NCBI GenBank assembly: GCA_004764695.1
Contig: SMSO01000005.1
Location: 434,001-498,000, forward strand
Source: Schizochytrium sp. TIO01
Taxonomy: Eukaryota; Protista; Bigyra: Labyrinthulomycetes
Direction: 5' to 3'
Length of the DNA: 64,000 nt
Shown: positions 32,101-41,028 of the stretch, in pieces
Layout: each line of letters starts with the position of its first letter
Position numbering within the stretch: the stretch's first letter is position 1
The notes under the pieces: model-generated
Told to the model about the DNA's origin: nothing
The model's database searches: none
The model's input: only the letters and a program-made list of their open reading frames with translations
Program-made: the position numbers and the translations under genes

Positions 32101-34098
32101 GTGGCCACAGACGAGTTTAGAAGTTATCTCCTCGTCGTCCGTGACTTCCAGCAGCCGCTCGAGAGAGTCTATCTGCAGTGCGAGCTCACGCACGCCAGCA
32201 AGATTATGCGATTGCTGGTCCTTGTAGAAGCTCAGCCCGAGTCTCTGGCTTGCCTTGCGGGCGAGCATGACCCTAAAGGAGATGGAGAGGATGCGCGGCT
32301 CAGTTCTCCTGGTTCTCAGTCTGTTCAGCAAGTCCTTTACTGCGGTAGTTTTGCCTGTGCCCAAGGACGCGTGCAGAGCATAGGTCATTTTCACGTCTGT
32401 AATGGGTTGGCTGTTGTCTAGGGGTAGGTCATCAATCTCCTCGGGGAGAAGGAGCTTACGTTGGAATCGATCATCGTATTCGATTACATGAGGTGCTATT
32501 TCAGGCGCAAAGTCTCGTAGAGGTGCTACTCCGGGTCTCACTTGATTGCTGTCCTGCTGAATGGGGCTCTTGAAGATGATGCGCTTGCCCTCGCAGCCGC
32601 GTCCGTGACAATAGTAACCGATAGAGAAGTCATTGAACATGTAGATGACGACTTGGTGGTTGCACTGATTGCACCCGAGGTAGCAGAACCTTAGGAAACC
32701 ATCATTGTCTGTTCTCGAGATGCCTTGTATGTATGGCGTCAGCCTTGCTTTGAAGAGCCATGGCGTTGGCGCTGTGTGTACAAATGAGCAGTCTATTTTG
32801 GGGTTACAGAAAGGATGGATCCCTTCCAGGAGGTGCTTTAGCACGAGAAGCCCTACTGAGTAGTAGTCCTCCCAGAAGGCTGGTACATCACAGATATTGG
32901 CTGCGAGTCTCTCACAGATGCCCCGAGAATCCTCAGACATAAGACCCATCAGCGCTTGTAAGGGGACCTCCGATGCACTGCCTGGATCAGCAAGCGCGGT
33001 ACCGATTATGTCATCTACGATGAGTTCGGGATCGTTTGCGACCACCGTTTGTTCAGGTTGTTGTTGTTGTTGCTGCTGCTGCTGCAACATTGACTGCTGT
33101 TGGTTGGACTGGTTGATCTGGGTTTGTAGGTTGAGGTTGGACACGCGGGCAATTATGTTGCGTTTGCGGATGAGTCTGTGCCAGATGCCTCTTGAGGCAA
33201 ACTGTGCAGCTTCTTGGAGTTGATCCTGGGTAAGGGAGATCTGCTGGTACCGCCCGGGGTGTTTGAGGGCATCGTAGAAGGAGATCACAAAGTCTTTAAG
33301 AGGCCTATTCTCTACATTTTCTGCTGGTACGAAAACGCGGGCGCTCTTCCAGGAGAGGCCTTCTTGGAATTTGGAGTTGATTTTACAGCAGCCGATCATG
33401 CGCATCATACGTTGACTGCAATCGTAGGCAGAATAGTCTACCATTGTTTTGCGGTCGTCTATGACGTACCAATCCTTGAACTTTGGGTCGACTTGGGCCT
33501 TTTCGTGCATGAACATGGCCATGAGTGCTGCTGCGGTGTGCGAAATGATGCAGCCATCGAAGTAAGGCCCCTTTGGTGTGCTGAGAATGACGCGTGCAGA
33601 AAATTTGGCGCCGGGTTGACTACTATAGGACACCACGAAATCGGATTGTCTGGCAGTATGTACGTGCAACACGTCTTGAACGAATTCGAGTAAGTATGAG
33701 ATGAACTTTTCTTCGAAGACGCGGGTGATATTTTCCAGCTCGGCGCGTGATTCAGCTCTTGTTATGACGTGTTGCGAGGAGAGATCACGCTCCACGTCAA
33801 CATAGAATTTCTGAGGCGTGTTCTGAAGAAGAAGCTCCTCCATGTGGCGATCCGCAAGTCCAAGTTCACTGTAGAGCCGTGCGAGTTGAGACCAGGTCTT
33901 AATGACTGCGTAAATGCGGGTTGTATCTCCGTTTTTAATGTAGCGGACATTTTCGTAACCCCGAAGGGGGTCTCGCCGCACTGCGAAGCTCGCGTGCTGC
34001 CCCCTTGTAGAACTATCGCCTTCGCGGTTGCCGGTTCTCCGATTATTGTTTTCAGCCGGTTTCCACCTAAGGGAATAATTACAAATGAGAGCTACCAT
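29200..34098 (-). CDS. AEP (PrimPol/UL52-type) primase + Zn finger + UL9-like origin-binding SF2 helicase fusion
   Basis: AEP motif I KFYVDVE (33790-33810), motif II KFSARV (normally SxH) and motif III VDYSAY...RMMRMIGCCK. Zn module RFC...H...YYCHGRGC. Helicase Walker A HASLGTGKTT (~32344-32373), Ia SISFRVMLA, QIDSLERL, II FCDEICS, III SDADL, V SPTVGAGVDF and VI QMRDRVR. AATAAA lies ~40 nt after the stop (29153-29158). Confidence 0.88.
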   Translation of the reverse strand: MVALICNYSLRWKPAENNNRRTGNREGDSSTRGQHASFAVRRDPLRGYENVRYIKNGDTTRIYAVIKTWSQLARLYSELGLADRHMEELLLQNTPQKFYVDVERDLSSQHVITRAESRAELENITRVFEEKFISYLLEFVQDVLHVHTARQSDFVVSYSSQPGAKFSARVILSTPKGPYFDGCIISHTAAALMAMFMHEKAQVDPKFKDWYVIDDRKTMVDYSAYDCSQRMMRMIGCCKINSKFQEGLSWKSARVFVPAENVENRPLKDFVISFYDALKHPGRYQQISLTQDQLQEAAQFASRGIWHRLIRKRNIIARVSNLNLQTQINQSNQQQSMLQQQQQQQQQPEQTVVANDPELIVDDIIGTALADPGSASEVPLQALMGLMSEDSRGICERLAANICDVPAFWEDYYSVGLLVLKHLLEGIHPFCNPKIDCSFVHTAPTPWLFKARLTPYIQGISRTDNDGFLRFCYLGCNQCNHQVVIYMFNDFSIGYYCHGRGCEGKRIIFKSPIQQDSNQVRPGVAPLRDFAPEIAPHVIEYDDRFQRKLLLPEEIDDLPLDNSQPITDVKMTYALHASLGTGKTTAVKDLLNRLRTRRTEPRILSISFRVMLARKASQRLGLSFYKDQQSHNLAGVRELALQIDSLERLLEVTDDEEITSKLVCGHDVVFCDEICSLLSHLNSDTLKTKLSDIWNIFFQIIKCAKILIVSDADLGPREQRFLRMTRGQMSPSMDQVEIPNLYYHYNRRVPIRTKFIEYAGEWEWANELLRCAIMENFNCLVVSNSINQIERLKSWLHMRLTEIMDRYRRCLQEENGFVTAQVDASPYVRRIEELYGAIHTITSKSTNTEKARMEHSNKAWKEAKVLLISPTVGAGVDFLQEHFHVSFCYATNKSCCARAINQMRDRVRRIESGICHVYISASTDKTEELPVTPAAALVDLVMYRRAYLLGSAQEGMAQQDTVSFSRSLIDKHLLEIQAYNAAENHRSFGNLRMEWVKLQQARDPYVKYLFDDKCVVRNNIDFRVLMTEIQSKERKRCVTQISTRGVMNKRAYQHTLQKLQMDKRMKVEESQVGALVDDNTIRRFFAIKPGVEPKVFKELIAQLNVNKMSDFAKIDDTIRILFLGMQDLAQLARDSHLITATVINASHSNSEVLSYNDLGQRMIEETMPTDFEKQHWVKILLYACGADFQMIETDFFSAFKLHIALSAQRLIKDRALQRWLKDVVARRLKAFSIPQKKNTLPPIGIGGEFTDFTWKNVYVILKMFFETHFDINFVSERTSRRSRNRGEEQQENGQQQQGHTCEEEGDPGKCIARHTFRYLDAEKRKEVTVYCRCASVGHDDLCFMVEKMYARVFVEGATDLKLQDRQLETVRAKLTAIRNQIKHPSEFMNMLLSKEEQLKQHQEEPMYQPQQANDADNHTIADGNTVADDYTIADGNTVADDHTIADGNTIADDHTIADGNTIADIDSESDGDEEGGGYDDYIFGDYAYGVDLNNEEDEEQHNDATATLLEERGQTEGGNDNSSSVGGNALSDDRSRTLMSIHSTHILKHRRKGQVAFSRAKTFVEERQKLWGAVKAPFLPINPTELDPIGFHDQIISPHCKRIMETEINKMIEFRKREIDNLFRRGDVHNPA
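29708..29856. repeat. Coding minisatellite: eight 18-bp units alternating A/B (four 36-bp higher-order units)
   Basis: tc(c/t)gcaa(t/c)cgtgttgcc(g/a) alternates with tctgctat(c/a)gt(g/a)t(g/a)gt.., encoding (ADDHTI-ADGNTI/V)x4. Confidence 0.95.
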
Positions 34099-34592
34099 TT
34101 CATTGTTGTTGTTGCCATTATTTTCTGCCAGGGCCTCAGGACGTGAATCCCTCCAGTCCAGGGAGTAGAGGATATTGTGTTTGTGCTCAGGGTGAATAGC
34201 TCACTCCGGCGCTGGCTATCTGAGCTCCAGAAGGAGAGGTCACCACTGCATCGGGAGAACCAATTCAACCCAAAGACATTTGGAGTGAAAGGTTGTGCAG
34301 TGTTGAGAGCGCATTTGTTATTGTAATCCCTCTTCTGACTGCATGCGAGTATGCGATCAATGAAGTAGAAGTTACAATGCAGGCTTACTGCCTTTTCAGG
34401 ACAGACTGCTGATTGATTCACAGGGATCAGTTCGGACGAATCGTCCCTGAAAACAGCCCAGTCACTTGGCCGTTGTAGTTGCTGCTGTTGCAGTTGTTGC
34501 TGTTGCAGTTGCTGCTGTTGCAGTTGCTGCTGTTGCCATTGCTGATCTTGGCGTCGCAATTTATTTTGCTGTGCAAGATGATATGTATTCAT
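34092..34592 (-). CDS. Probable N-terminal part of the primase-helicase gene, separated by a 1-nt frameshift near 34200
   Basis: Starts MNTYHLAQQ. The frame of the long ORF is open upstream of its first ATG (AIHPEHKHNILYSLDWRDSRPE...) up to ~34200. Adding one base at agt-ga[g]-gct joins both into one 1797-aa protein. Confidence 0.6.
   Translation of the reverse strand: MNTYHLAQQNKLRRQDQQWQQQQLQQQQLQQQQLQQQQLQRPSDWAVFRDDSSELIPVNQSAVCPEKAVSLHCNFYFIDRILACSQKRDYNNKCALNTAQPFTPNVFGLNWFSRCSGDLSFWSSDSQRRSELFTLSTNTISSTPWTGGIHVLRPWQKIMATTTMKW
34474..34540. repeat. 15-bp tandem repeat encoding (QQQQL)x4
   Basis: gttgctgctgttgca-type units on the + strand. Confidence 0.9.
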
Positions 34593-34710
34593 CCAGATCT
34601 TCCTCTTCTTCTTTTTTCTTTCTTTCTTCCTTTCTTCGCTGTGAACAACGCCGCACGCTCGGCCCAATTCCGCTATTCCCTGCTCCTGCTGCCGCTCCTG
34701 CCGTCACCCG

Positions 34711-35128
34711 AGTACGCGCGTACTGAAACGTGTTTGTACAAAAGGTAGTAGGCCCTAGATCATATTTAGAATTAAGATTTACTTAAAATTGAACCCATAA
34801 AATTTGCAAAACTTGCATTTCCTATGGTGACAAAGTGGCGCTAAGGCCCAACCGCGAGTTTTTCTCAAAGACAATTCTTTAATCATGTCCTTGAATAAAT
34901 AGCGCAAACGGATGCCTCTAAGGGCGTAGATATATATCACGATCCCCTCCGTGTGTGCATAGATAGAGGTACGTACGTACGGTCAGTGCTGCGTTAGTCG
35001 CGGCTGCCAGAATCAACCGCAGCCATAGGTGCCCTCATCCTCGTCACCTGCGTACATGCGATTACCTCCGGGAAAGCGCTTGAAGGGCACTTGCTGAGGC
35101 GTAAGACTTCTGGTTGAAGTACTTCAAC
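34711..35128. promoter_or_regulatory. Palindrome cluster upstream of the primase-helicase (candidate origin or regulatory region)
   Basis: Perfect palindromes agtacgcgcgtact (34711-34724), gatatatatc (34929-34938), gtacgtacgtac (34969-34980) and gttgaagtacttcaac (35113-35128), plus GC-rich stems at 34988-35092. The function is inferred. Confidence 0.4.
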
Positions 35129-35567
35129 AGTTTGAATTGAAGGTTTGCTTCAGTTGTAGTGTTCGGAGCTTGGCAGTTCCTTGGCCATTCCAATTTCTTA
35201 CCTCACCTCCACTCCTTAACAAAGACCTAAATAATTACTATATATTATCTAGAGGGAATAATCAGTTCATGAGACAATTGTCCCAAAAGTTCTAATTCTT
35301 CCTTTAAAAATAAAATAAAAAATTGCGATTCTAAAAATAATACTAGTTAGGTAGCTAACCAAATACTACTTTAGTGTGAAATTGTGAAGGTCAAGATAAA
35401 CACCATTTGAGAAGAGTGAAGAACACTAGACTCAAGTTTAACAAAATGGATCACCAGCTGTACAGCAGGATACTTAGCAAGAAAGCATTGCACCTTAAAG
35501 CAGATGCAGATGCTCAGAATCGCGAAGGGGAAGGGCAGGGGTGGTCTCGCTAAATCATTTCGGAACC

Positions 35568-35655
35568 AAGCAGTTCATGTTTCACGTAAACGATGATGAG
35601 GTAGTAGACAACTCTACTCTCCTAGCTGGCGCGCAAGCAGAGACAGCTCGGCTGA
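35568..35655 (+). pseudogene. Kinesin remnant (neck region), paralog of 21872..24577
   Basis: KQFMFHVNDDEVVDNSTLLAGAQAETARL versus KQVMVHVKANEVVDDSILLARAQAEIARL. It is then joined directly to sequence matching the kinesin 3' flank, implying a ~1.5 kb deletion. Confidence 0.88.
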
Positions 35656-36468
35656 GTCTATTTGTTGACATATGTTCAGGTATATGGGTATATGCTCGAA
35701 CTGATATGATGTTAAAGTTTTGATGAATGTACAGGTTTAATTTTCTGAGAATAGTTTCAACAACGACAAGTTGGATTTCAGCTAAAACTTCAACAATCAC
35801 AGATGCGTTTTTCTGAAGCGACTTTAATGAAGTGACGATTTAGATTCCTTAGAATTCTAGATTTTTAAGTATAACGAAAAAAATATATTAGCTGAAAATA
35901 AGAACGAACATAGAATTAGAAGAGCACACATGACCATCGATGCAATCTCGAAGAATTCGAATTGAAACATGAACACCCATACGCATACCTTAGATAGACG
36001 CATTTGTTTACAAAGGAGGCACGAGGTGCATCACAAAGGGTCCCCATGCCTTTCTCCGTAACGTGATCTAGATGGATTAAAGATGTGAGTGTGCAGTCCT
36101 GGGAGATTTAGTCTCAACCTCAACCGGCCGAACACGTTCCAGAAACAGCAAATAGGCGGAGGACGTATCAATATTTCCAGGATCGATATTCGTGACACGA
36201 TCATCATTGAAGTTATGCCACACCTGAGTTCGCACATGTCGAGCATTTGCTGTGTAATGGCCACCAGACAAAGAGCCCATATGGTTAACCATGCCAAAGA
36301 GTTTATATTCGGGACGCTCGGCGGCGAGACCCTTGTGGCAATACGGGGATATGTCCAAAGTGCTTTCCAAAGGAAGTTGAACCCTCGTCTGAAGTTTTTT
36401 CCGCTGCAGTGGAGAAACCTGCGCAAATCGCTTCAAATGAATCACAAGCACATCCGGAGCACGAAATA
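35568..36468. repeat. Right copy of the direct segmental duplication
   Basis: Collinear with 23093-23180 plus 24651-25497. Confidence 0.92.
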
Positions 36469-38164
36469 TCTCCAGTCTTCGCGTCGAGGGCTGATGAGAG
36501 GTGCACTTACGACAGTAACAAGCGTTATCCCCGTCTAGAGTCTCCTCTTCGACCATCTTTTGCAGGCACTCTTCTAGGCCTACTCGCCCAGATTCTGGGG
36601 AGGCAATTGGAACTGAGAGATCGAGAACTGGATCGAAAGCACGACTTTGATTACCACACGTTTTGCAAGTTACCAATGAGTACAGCTGCCCAGCAAATAC
36701 ATCTTTTACATGGGAGTCGTTACGTTTTTCATAATGAGACCACCAACGCTGAGCAGTGTCTTCTACAGACTCATTGTCAATATCAACGATTTCTTCGTAA
36801 GGGACCTTTTCTCGAATGCGGTTCACATCTTCGTGAACAGCATCCAAGAGACATCGGAGAAGCTCCTGTGCGTCGTGCTGTTCATAACCTTCAAAGTAAC
36901 TTGCAACTGCACCCATGACCTTTTTAATCTTACTCGGGCGAATTGCTTGTAGGCTATCCTGAGTCCACATTGCGTTAACAAGTTTACCATATGTCTCTGC
37001 CATTGCTCCTTTAGCACTGATATTGTCTCGGTTGAGATCTTTCATATGTTTGTTTTCAAGAAAGTATTCAGCAAGTGGGCCACACTGGCCTAAGCACTGA
37101 AGGCATGCATTCATGTAGCACGTATTTCCTAGGTTACGTAGCCCCCTCTTACCATTCGAAAAAAGTGTAAAGTCAAGTTTGCTGTGCAGATGAAGTTGTT
37201 TGTCCAAGGCACGTGCTAGTTCTGTGTCAGTGTCTAGGTCCATGCGTGACTTTTTTGCATTACAGTTCTGGGGGGACAGGTGAACAGGGTTCCGCTTTTG
37301 CGAGCTGTTTGGCCTGGCTTCCGGGGAGCCGAGAGTAATAGGTGGCAGCGTTTGATGTTTATCTTCGCTTGACTTGTTGTGTCCTGCAAGAGAGGCTGCT
37401 GGAATTTGGATTCCTTTTTTTGCAACATTTTCTTCTTCATCGTCGTCAGATTTGGATTCTTCGTAATCCTCCTTGTGTATACCAGCTTCATCTGCTTCTT
37501 CGAGATTATTCGAACTTCTTCTGTGCCATTCGACAGAGTCTTTTTTGAGTCCCTGGTATTCTTTCTCTTGTTCGTGGTACTGCTGTTGCTGTTGCTGTTG
37601 CTGCACACGATCCGCACGACTTACGCGCTGCCCGGGACGGCTATCCTGCTCTGATAGAGGACGCTCGATAGGGGAAGTTGGTGACAAAAGGTTTCCACTA
37701 TCTGGTACCACTGCAGGAAGCGAGATTGGCGAAAAAGGTCCAATTGAACGCGGCGTTGTAGTCGACCCAGTGCCCACTGACGTCATTAAAATGCTGGAAG
37801 GCGATGCTGGCATTTCTTGATGGCCCAAAGAAGGTTTGGGTTGTGCTAAATACGATTGACTTACGTCTTCTGAATCTAGCGGGACATTATTAGACTCAGG
37901 GTTGTTGTGCGCAGGATCGGTGCGATCCAAGGAGGCCAGTCGAGCCCCAGCAGGTGGCATGTGCGATAGAACAAAGATCAACAAGTATACACCAAAGACT
38001 CCGAGACGCAAGTTGTCTTGCCACCACTCCTCTGTCGGCCTTCCGTGCAAAAGGGTTCGTGCTTCGTCCGATAAAGTGAGATGCGTTTGAAGCAGCTTCG
38101 TAATAGGATGCTCTAAGTACTCCGGCGAAAGAATCCCAAGAACTGGGTCCTGCTTATGGTTCAT
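36077..38164 (-). CDS. Ubiquitin-specific protease (C19; USP2/8/21-like)
   Basis: Cys box GLRNLGNTCYMNACLQCL, QHDAQE, two CxxC pairs, VIHLKRF, His box HMGSLSGGHYTA, WHNFNDD and AYLLF. Confidence 0.96.
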   Translation of the reverse strand: MNHKQDPVLGILSPEYLEHPITKLLQTHLTLSDEARTLLHGRPTEEWWQDNLRLGVFGVYLLIFVLSHMPPAGARLASLDRTDPAHNNPESNNVPLDSEDVSQSYLAQPKPSLGHQEMPASPSSILMTSVGTGSTTTPRSIGPFSPISLPAVVPDSGNLLSPTSPIERPLSEQDSRPGQRVSRADRVQQQQQQQQYHEQEKEYQGLKKDSVEWHRRSSNNLEEADEAGIHKEDYEESKSDDDEEENVAKKGIQIPAASLAGHNKSSEDKHQTLPPITLGSPEARPNSSQKRNPVHLSPQNCNAKKSRMDLDTDTELARALDKQLHLHSKLDFTLFSNGKRGLRNLGNTCYMNACLQCLGQCGPLAEYFLENKHMKDLNRDNISAKGAMAETYGKLVNAMWTQDSLQAIRPSKIKKVMGAVASYFEGYEQHDAQELLRCLLDAVHEDVNRIREKVPYEEIVDIDNESVEDTAQRWWSHYEKRNDSHVKDVFAGQLYSLVTCKTCGNQSRAFDPVLDLSVPIASPESGRVGLEECLQKMVEEETLDGDNACYCRKCTSHQPSTRRLEIFRAPDVLVIHLKRFAQVSPLQRKKLQTRVQLPLESTLDISPYCHKGLAAERPEYKLFGMVNHMGSLSGGHYTANARHVRTQVWHNFNDDRVTNIDPGNIDTSSAYLLFLERVRPVEVETKSPRTAHSHL

Positions 38165-40089
38165 GAAGTCTTTCCACTACTTCGCTGCTCTTTGGACACC
38201 GCAATTGTGTTGTTATTGAGACAAAGAGCCAAGCGAGAAGACGACCAAGGTGGCTAGCCCAATTGGGTTTGGTCAATAGTTCTCTTTAACGGAAGTTCTC
38301 GTTTCGTAGCCCTCAGGAGCTGCGAACCCTTCAGTAGAAAGCCTGCGAAAGATCCAGATGCCTGATCTCGAACGCTCTCCAAACGAGACTTGCCAGCCAA
38401 AGAAGCACTGGGGCCCTGCACTATCTGCACCTGAATCCTTCGCCAATAATCTTCCAGTTTTTCAAGGTTTGCCGAGTTTCAATCGCTCGCTTTCAGGTTT
38501 GCAAGCTCGCTGCAGAAGCTTCGTTCAAGCGCAGAGAACTTCTGTTCTCTTACCTAGCACCGTGGTCGCCCTAAACAAGTTTGCTAGGGTTTATGATATA
38601 TGTCCTATAACTATACCTCCTAGCTGTCTAGCTAGCCACTGAGCTATGAACCTTCACTCTCCTCCCTCGCTCGTTCTTTCCACGAATTCCCTGCCCACGG
38701 CCGCTGTCGCTCTCCTCTGCCAGCTCGCTCAAAGTTGGCTGCTGCTGTCTCCCTCGCTATAGGGCAGAGTTCTCCAAGTCACTGCCTTCGCTAGAGCTTG
38801 CCGTCTCCAACTTCAAGATGATCTCTTTGAAATATGCGCTCCCACAGATCACTCGATCGTTTCACTCACAATTATTCTGTCTTCACTTCAACTCGACTCG
38901 CCTGCGCGCCGCTAGGCCAAGGCCTTGCGCGATCTGCAGCAGCAAGCGGGCTGTGCACTGCTGGGAATGGTTCTCTTGAGCGGCCTGCGATGGTGGCGAG
39001 GCGCCCAACAAAGCCGAACTGGAGTCGGGACTTGCCGCGTGCGAGGAGGCTCGCTGGTTAGGGCGAACTGGACTAACTGGACTCGGCTCCGCGCTAGGTA
39101 CACAAGTCACGGGGACACTTCGGGGACCCAGATCAGGTCCCGCGGGACCCTGGCCACGCTCTGAACGCCATAGCAGCTGTTCGCAGGGATCGATCGTACC
39201 CTGATCAGAGATTGAGAAATAGCGTCAGTGCGGCTGAGAATGTGTGTATCTTGTTCATACGCGAAAGGGCTTTGGGCAGGCATCTGTGGTCATGTCATGT
39301 CGATCTTCTAACTATTTTCTTTTTCTTTTCTTCTTAATTATAAAAACAGAAAAGAAAAAAGAGAAATAAGACTTATAGTATTGTCATTTAGGGATTAGAT
39401 AAGACCTGTCTATTCATATATAGGGCTCTCTCTCTCTTGTTTTATTCAAATAAATAAATAAATAAATTGAATCTGTGAGAGAGAGGCTAGGCAGGTATCA
39501 TTCTCTGCCTCTAACATAAAATTCGCAAGTGCAACACGAGAGAAGCGTTTGTGTTTAGAGGTTTTTAGTTGGCACCTGCAGGAATAAGACCAGACAGTTT
39601 GGTTGAGAGAAAAACTGTAATGGGGAGAAAGGCAGAACTAAGATACTGTTAACGGTAAAGGAAAAAGTTACCTGGAAGGGACTGGAAATTCAACACGTAC
39701 ATGTTGCTGAAGAAGCCGACAAGACCGTTGTGGCCTGCTAATTTGCACACACGCGCTTCCTGACTAGTAAGGCAACAATAATGTGCTAACGACCATGCGA
39801 CAATTGAGCCGGACTATTCCACAGGAGACAAGTTGTATCTGCTCCATAGTTCTGAAGAAATTAAAAACCAAAACGAGAAAACTGCTTTAACAGTTCAGTT
39901 CTCCTATATATTTCCAAGGTGATTGAACAATATAGCAAGCGAGAGTTCAACTGCACAGAAAAAAAAAATGAGACCGTGTACAGTTGTTCAATTTATGTTA
40001 TTGCTAGATTTAAAACGCGACACGCATGACATATCGTAATAGCTAGCAGCTGAACTTGACATTAAGAGGCAAATCATTTCCGGAACATT

Positions 40090-41028
40090 CTAAAGTGCTG
40101 GAAACTGTTGGCCAGGAGGGTACTGGAGCCAGTTCTTTGGGCTCCAAGTAATGCCACGTGTTGGCCCTTCAATAAGGTGCAATTGGAAAGTATGACGCTG
40201 TTTCTCAGAAGTGTTGCGAAGAGAAAGATGCTCAACCTGGCCATGAATCAATACCAAGTCTCCGGCCTTGCACTCAACGAGCACAAAACCTTCCTTCCGT
40301 AGACGCTCTTGCGTCTCCTCACCCACATCTTTGAGAGCAAATCCCTCCAAAGGAGTCATCTCTTCATCTTCGACCAGCTGGAGGAAGTTCATTCGCGTCT
40401 CGCCATCGTCCCCTGTGATACGCTGAAAATGCCTGCGAACGGGCTCCTTGTGTGAGCCAGGACGAAACCAAAGGGCACCATTTTCTAGTGTAGCATCATC
40501 CAAGGCAAGCCAGAGACCCAGGCAAGTGGGCTTTGGCGTAGTGTATAGGAAAGTAGAATCCTGGTGAGCTGTGACCTCTCCGCCAATCTTGGGGTTCTTT
40601 AAAATGTACATGCTCTGCGGAAGTACCGGTGCTTCCCAGCCAAGCTCACGCACAAGTTTAGCAACCTTCTCGCTTTCAGAGTATGTCTTGAACACTGGGT
40701 CTGTGACGTGCAAACCGTGGCCGATCTTGTTAATCTTGCGCATTGTCGCGGCCGGGTCATCCTTGCAGACAGTCTTGTCAGAATCGCTCTCCCAAAAGCA
40801 GCGAATTTCACGAGCACTGCTGATGAAATAATCATCACTACCTTGGGCTTCTGTTTGTCCCGCGTCCGTGCGAAACTCCGTCGTAGTTTTGCCATCCCAA
40901 GCCGCCACGAGCTCCAGCGCTCGGGCCTTCATGGCTTCCACCTCCTCGACGCTTGCGAACTGCTTCACTACCGCGCATCCGTCGCGCCAGAACTCCTCGC
41001 TCGCGATGCTCTTGCCGTCGGACGTCAT
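40090..41028 (-). CDS. Phytanoyl-CoA dioxygenase family protein (PHYHD1-like)
   Basis: INKIGHGLH, QSMYILKNPKIGGEVTAHQDSTFLYT, GLWLALDDATLENGAL...PGSH and GDLVLIHG..EHLS..NTS...R. Confidence 0.93.
   Translation of the reverse strand: MTSDGKSIASEEFWRDGCAVVKQFASVEEVEAMKARALELVAAWDGKTTTEFRTDAGQTEAQGSDDYFISSAREIRCFWESDSDKTVCKDDPAATMRKINKIGHGLHVTDPVFKTYSESEKVAKLVRELGWEAPVLPQSMYILKNPKIGGEVTAHQDSTFLYTTPKPTCLGLWLALDDATLENGALWFRPGSHKEPVRRHFQRITGDDGETRMNFLQLVEDEEMTPLEGFALKDVGEETQERLRKEGFVLVECKAGDLVLIHGQVEHLSLRNTSEKQRHTFQLHLIEGPTRGITWSPKNWLQYPPGQQFPAL

Larger units (their letters stand above)
28150..35150 (-). mobile_element. Virus-like primase-helicase cassette (endogenous viral or plasmid-like replicon fragment); boundaries approximate
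   Basis: Contains the AEP-ZnF-UL9-like gene, a co-oriented decayed gene and an upstream palindrome cluster. It is bounded by AT-rich stretches, with no clear TIR or TSD. Confidence 0.6.

Noticed and set aside
28108-34825. Possible terminal inverted repeats of the cassette (28108-28172 versus 34770-34825)
   Set aside because: Only patchy similarity in AT-rich sequence that needs several gaps, and no target-site duplication.
34985-35095. Hammerhead or HDV-like ribozyme
   Set aside because: Stems exist, but I could not find the catalytic core sequences on either strand.
28150-35150. Helitron or Polinton/Maverick assignment
   Set aside because: The helicase is SF2 UL9-like, not PIF1. I see no HUH Rep motifs, protein-primed polB, integrase, ATPase or capsid.
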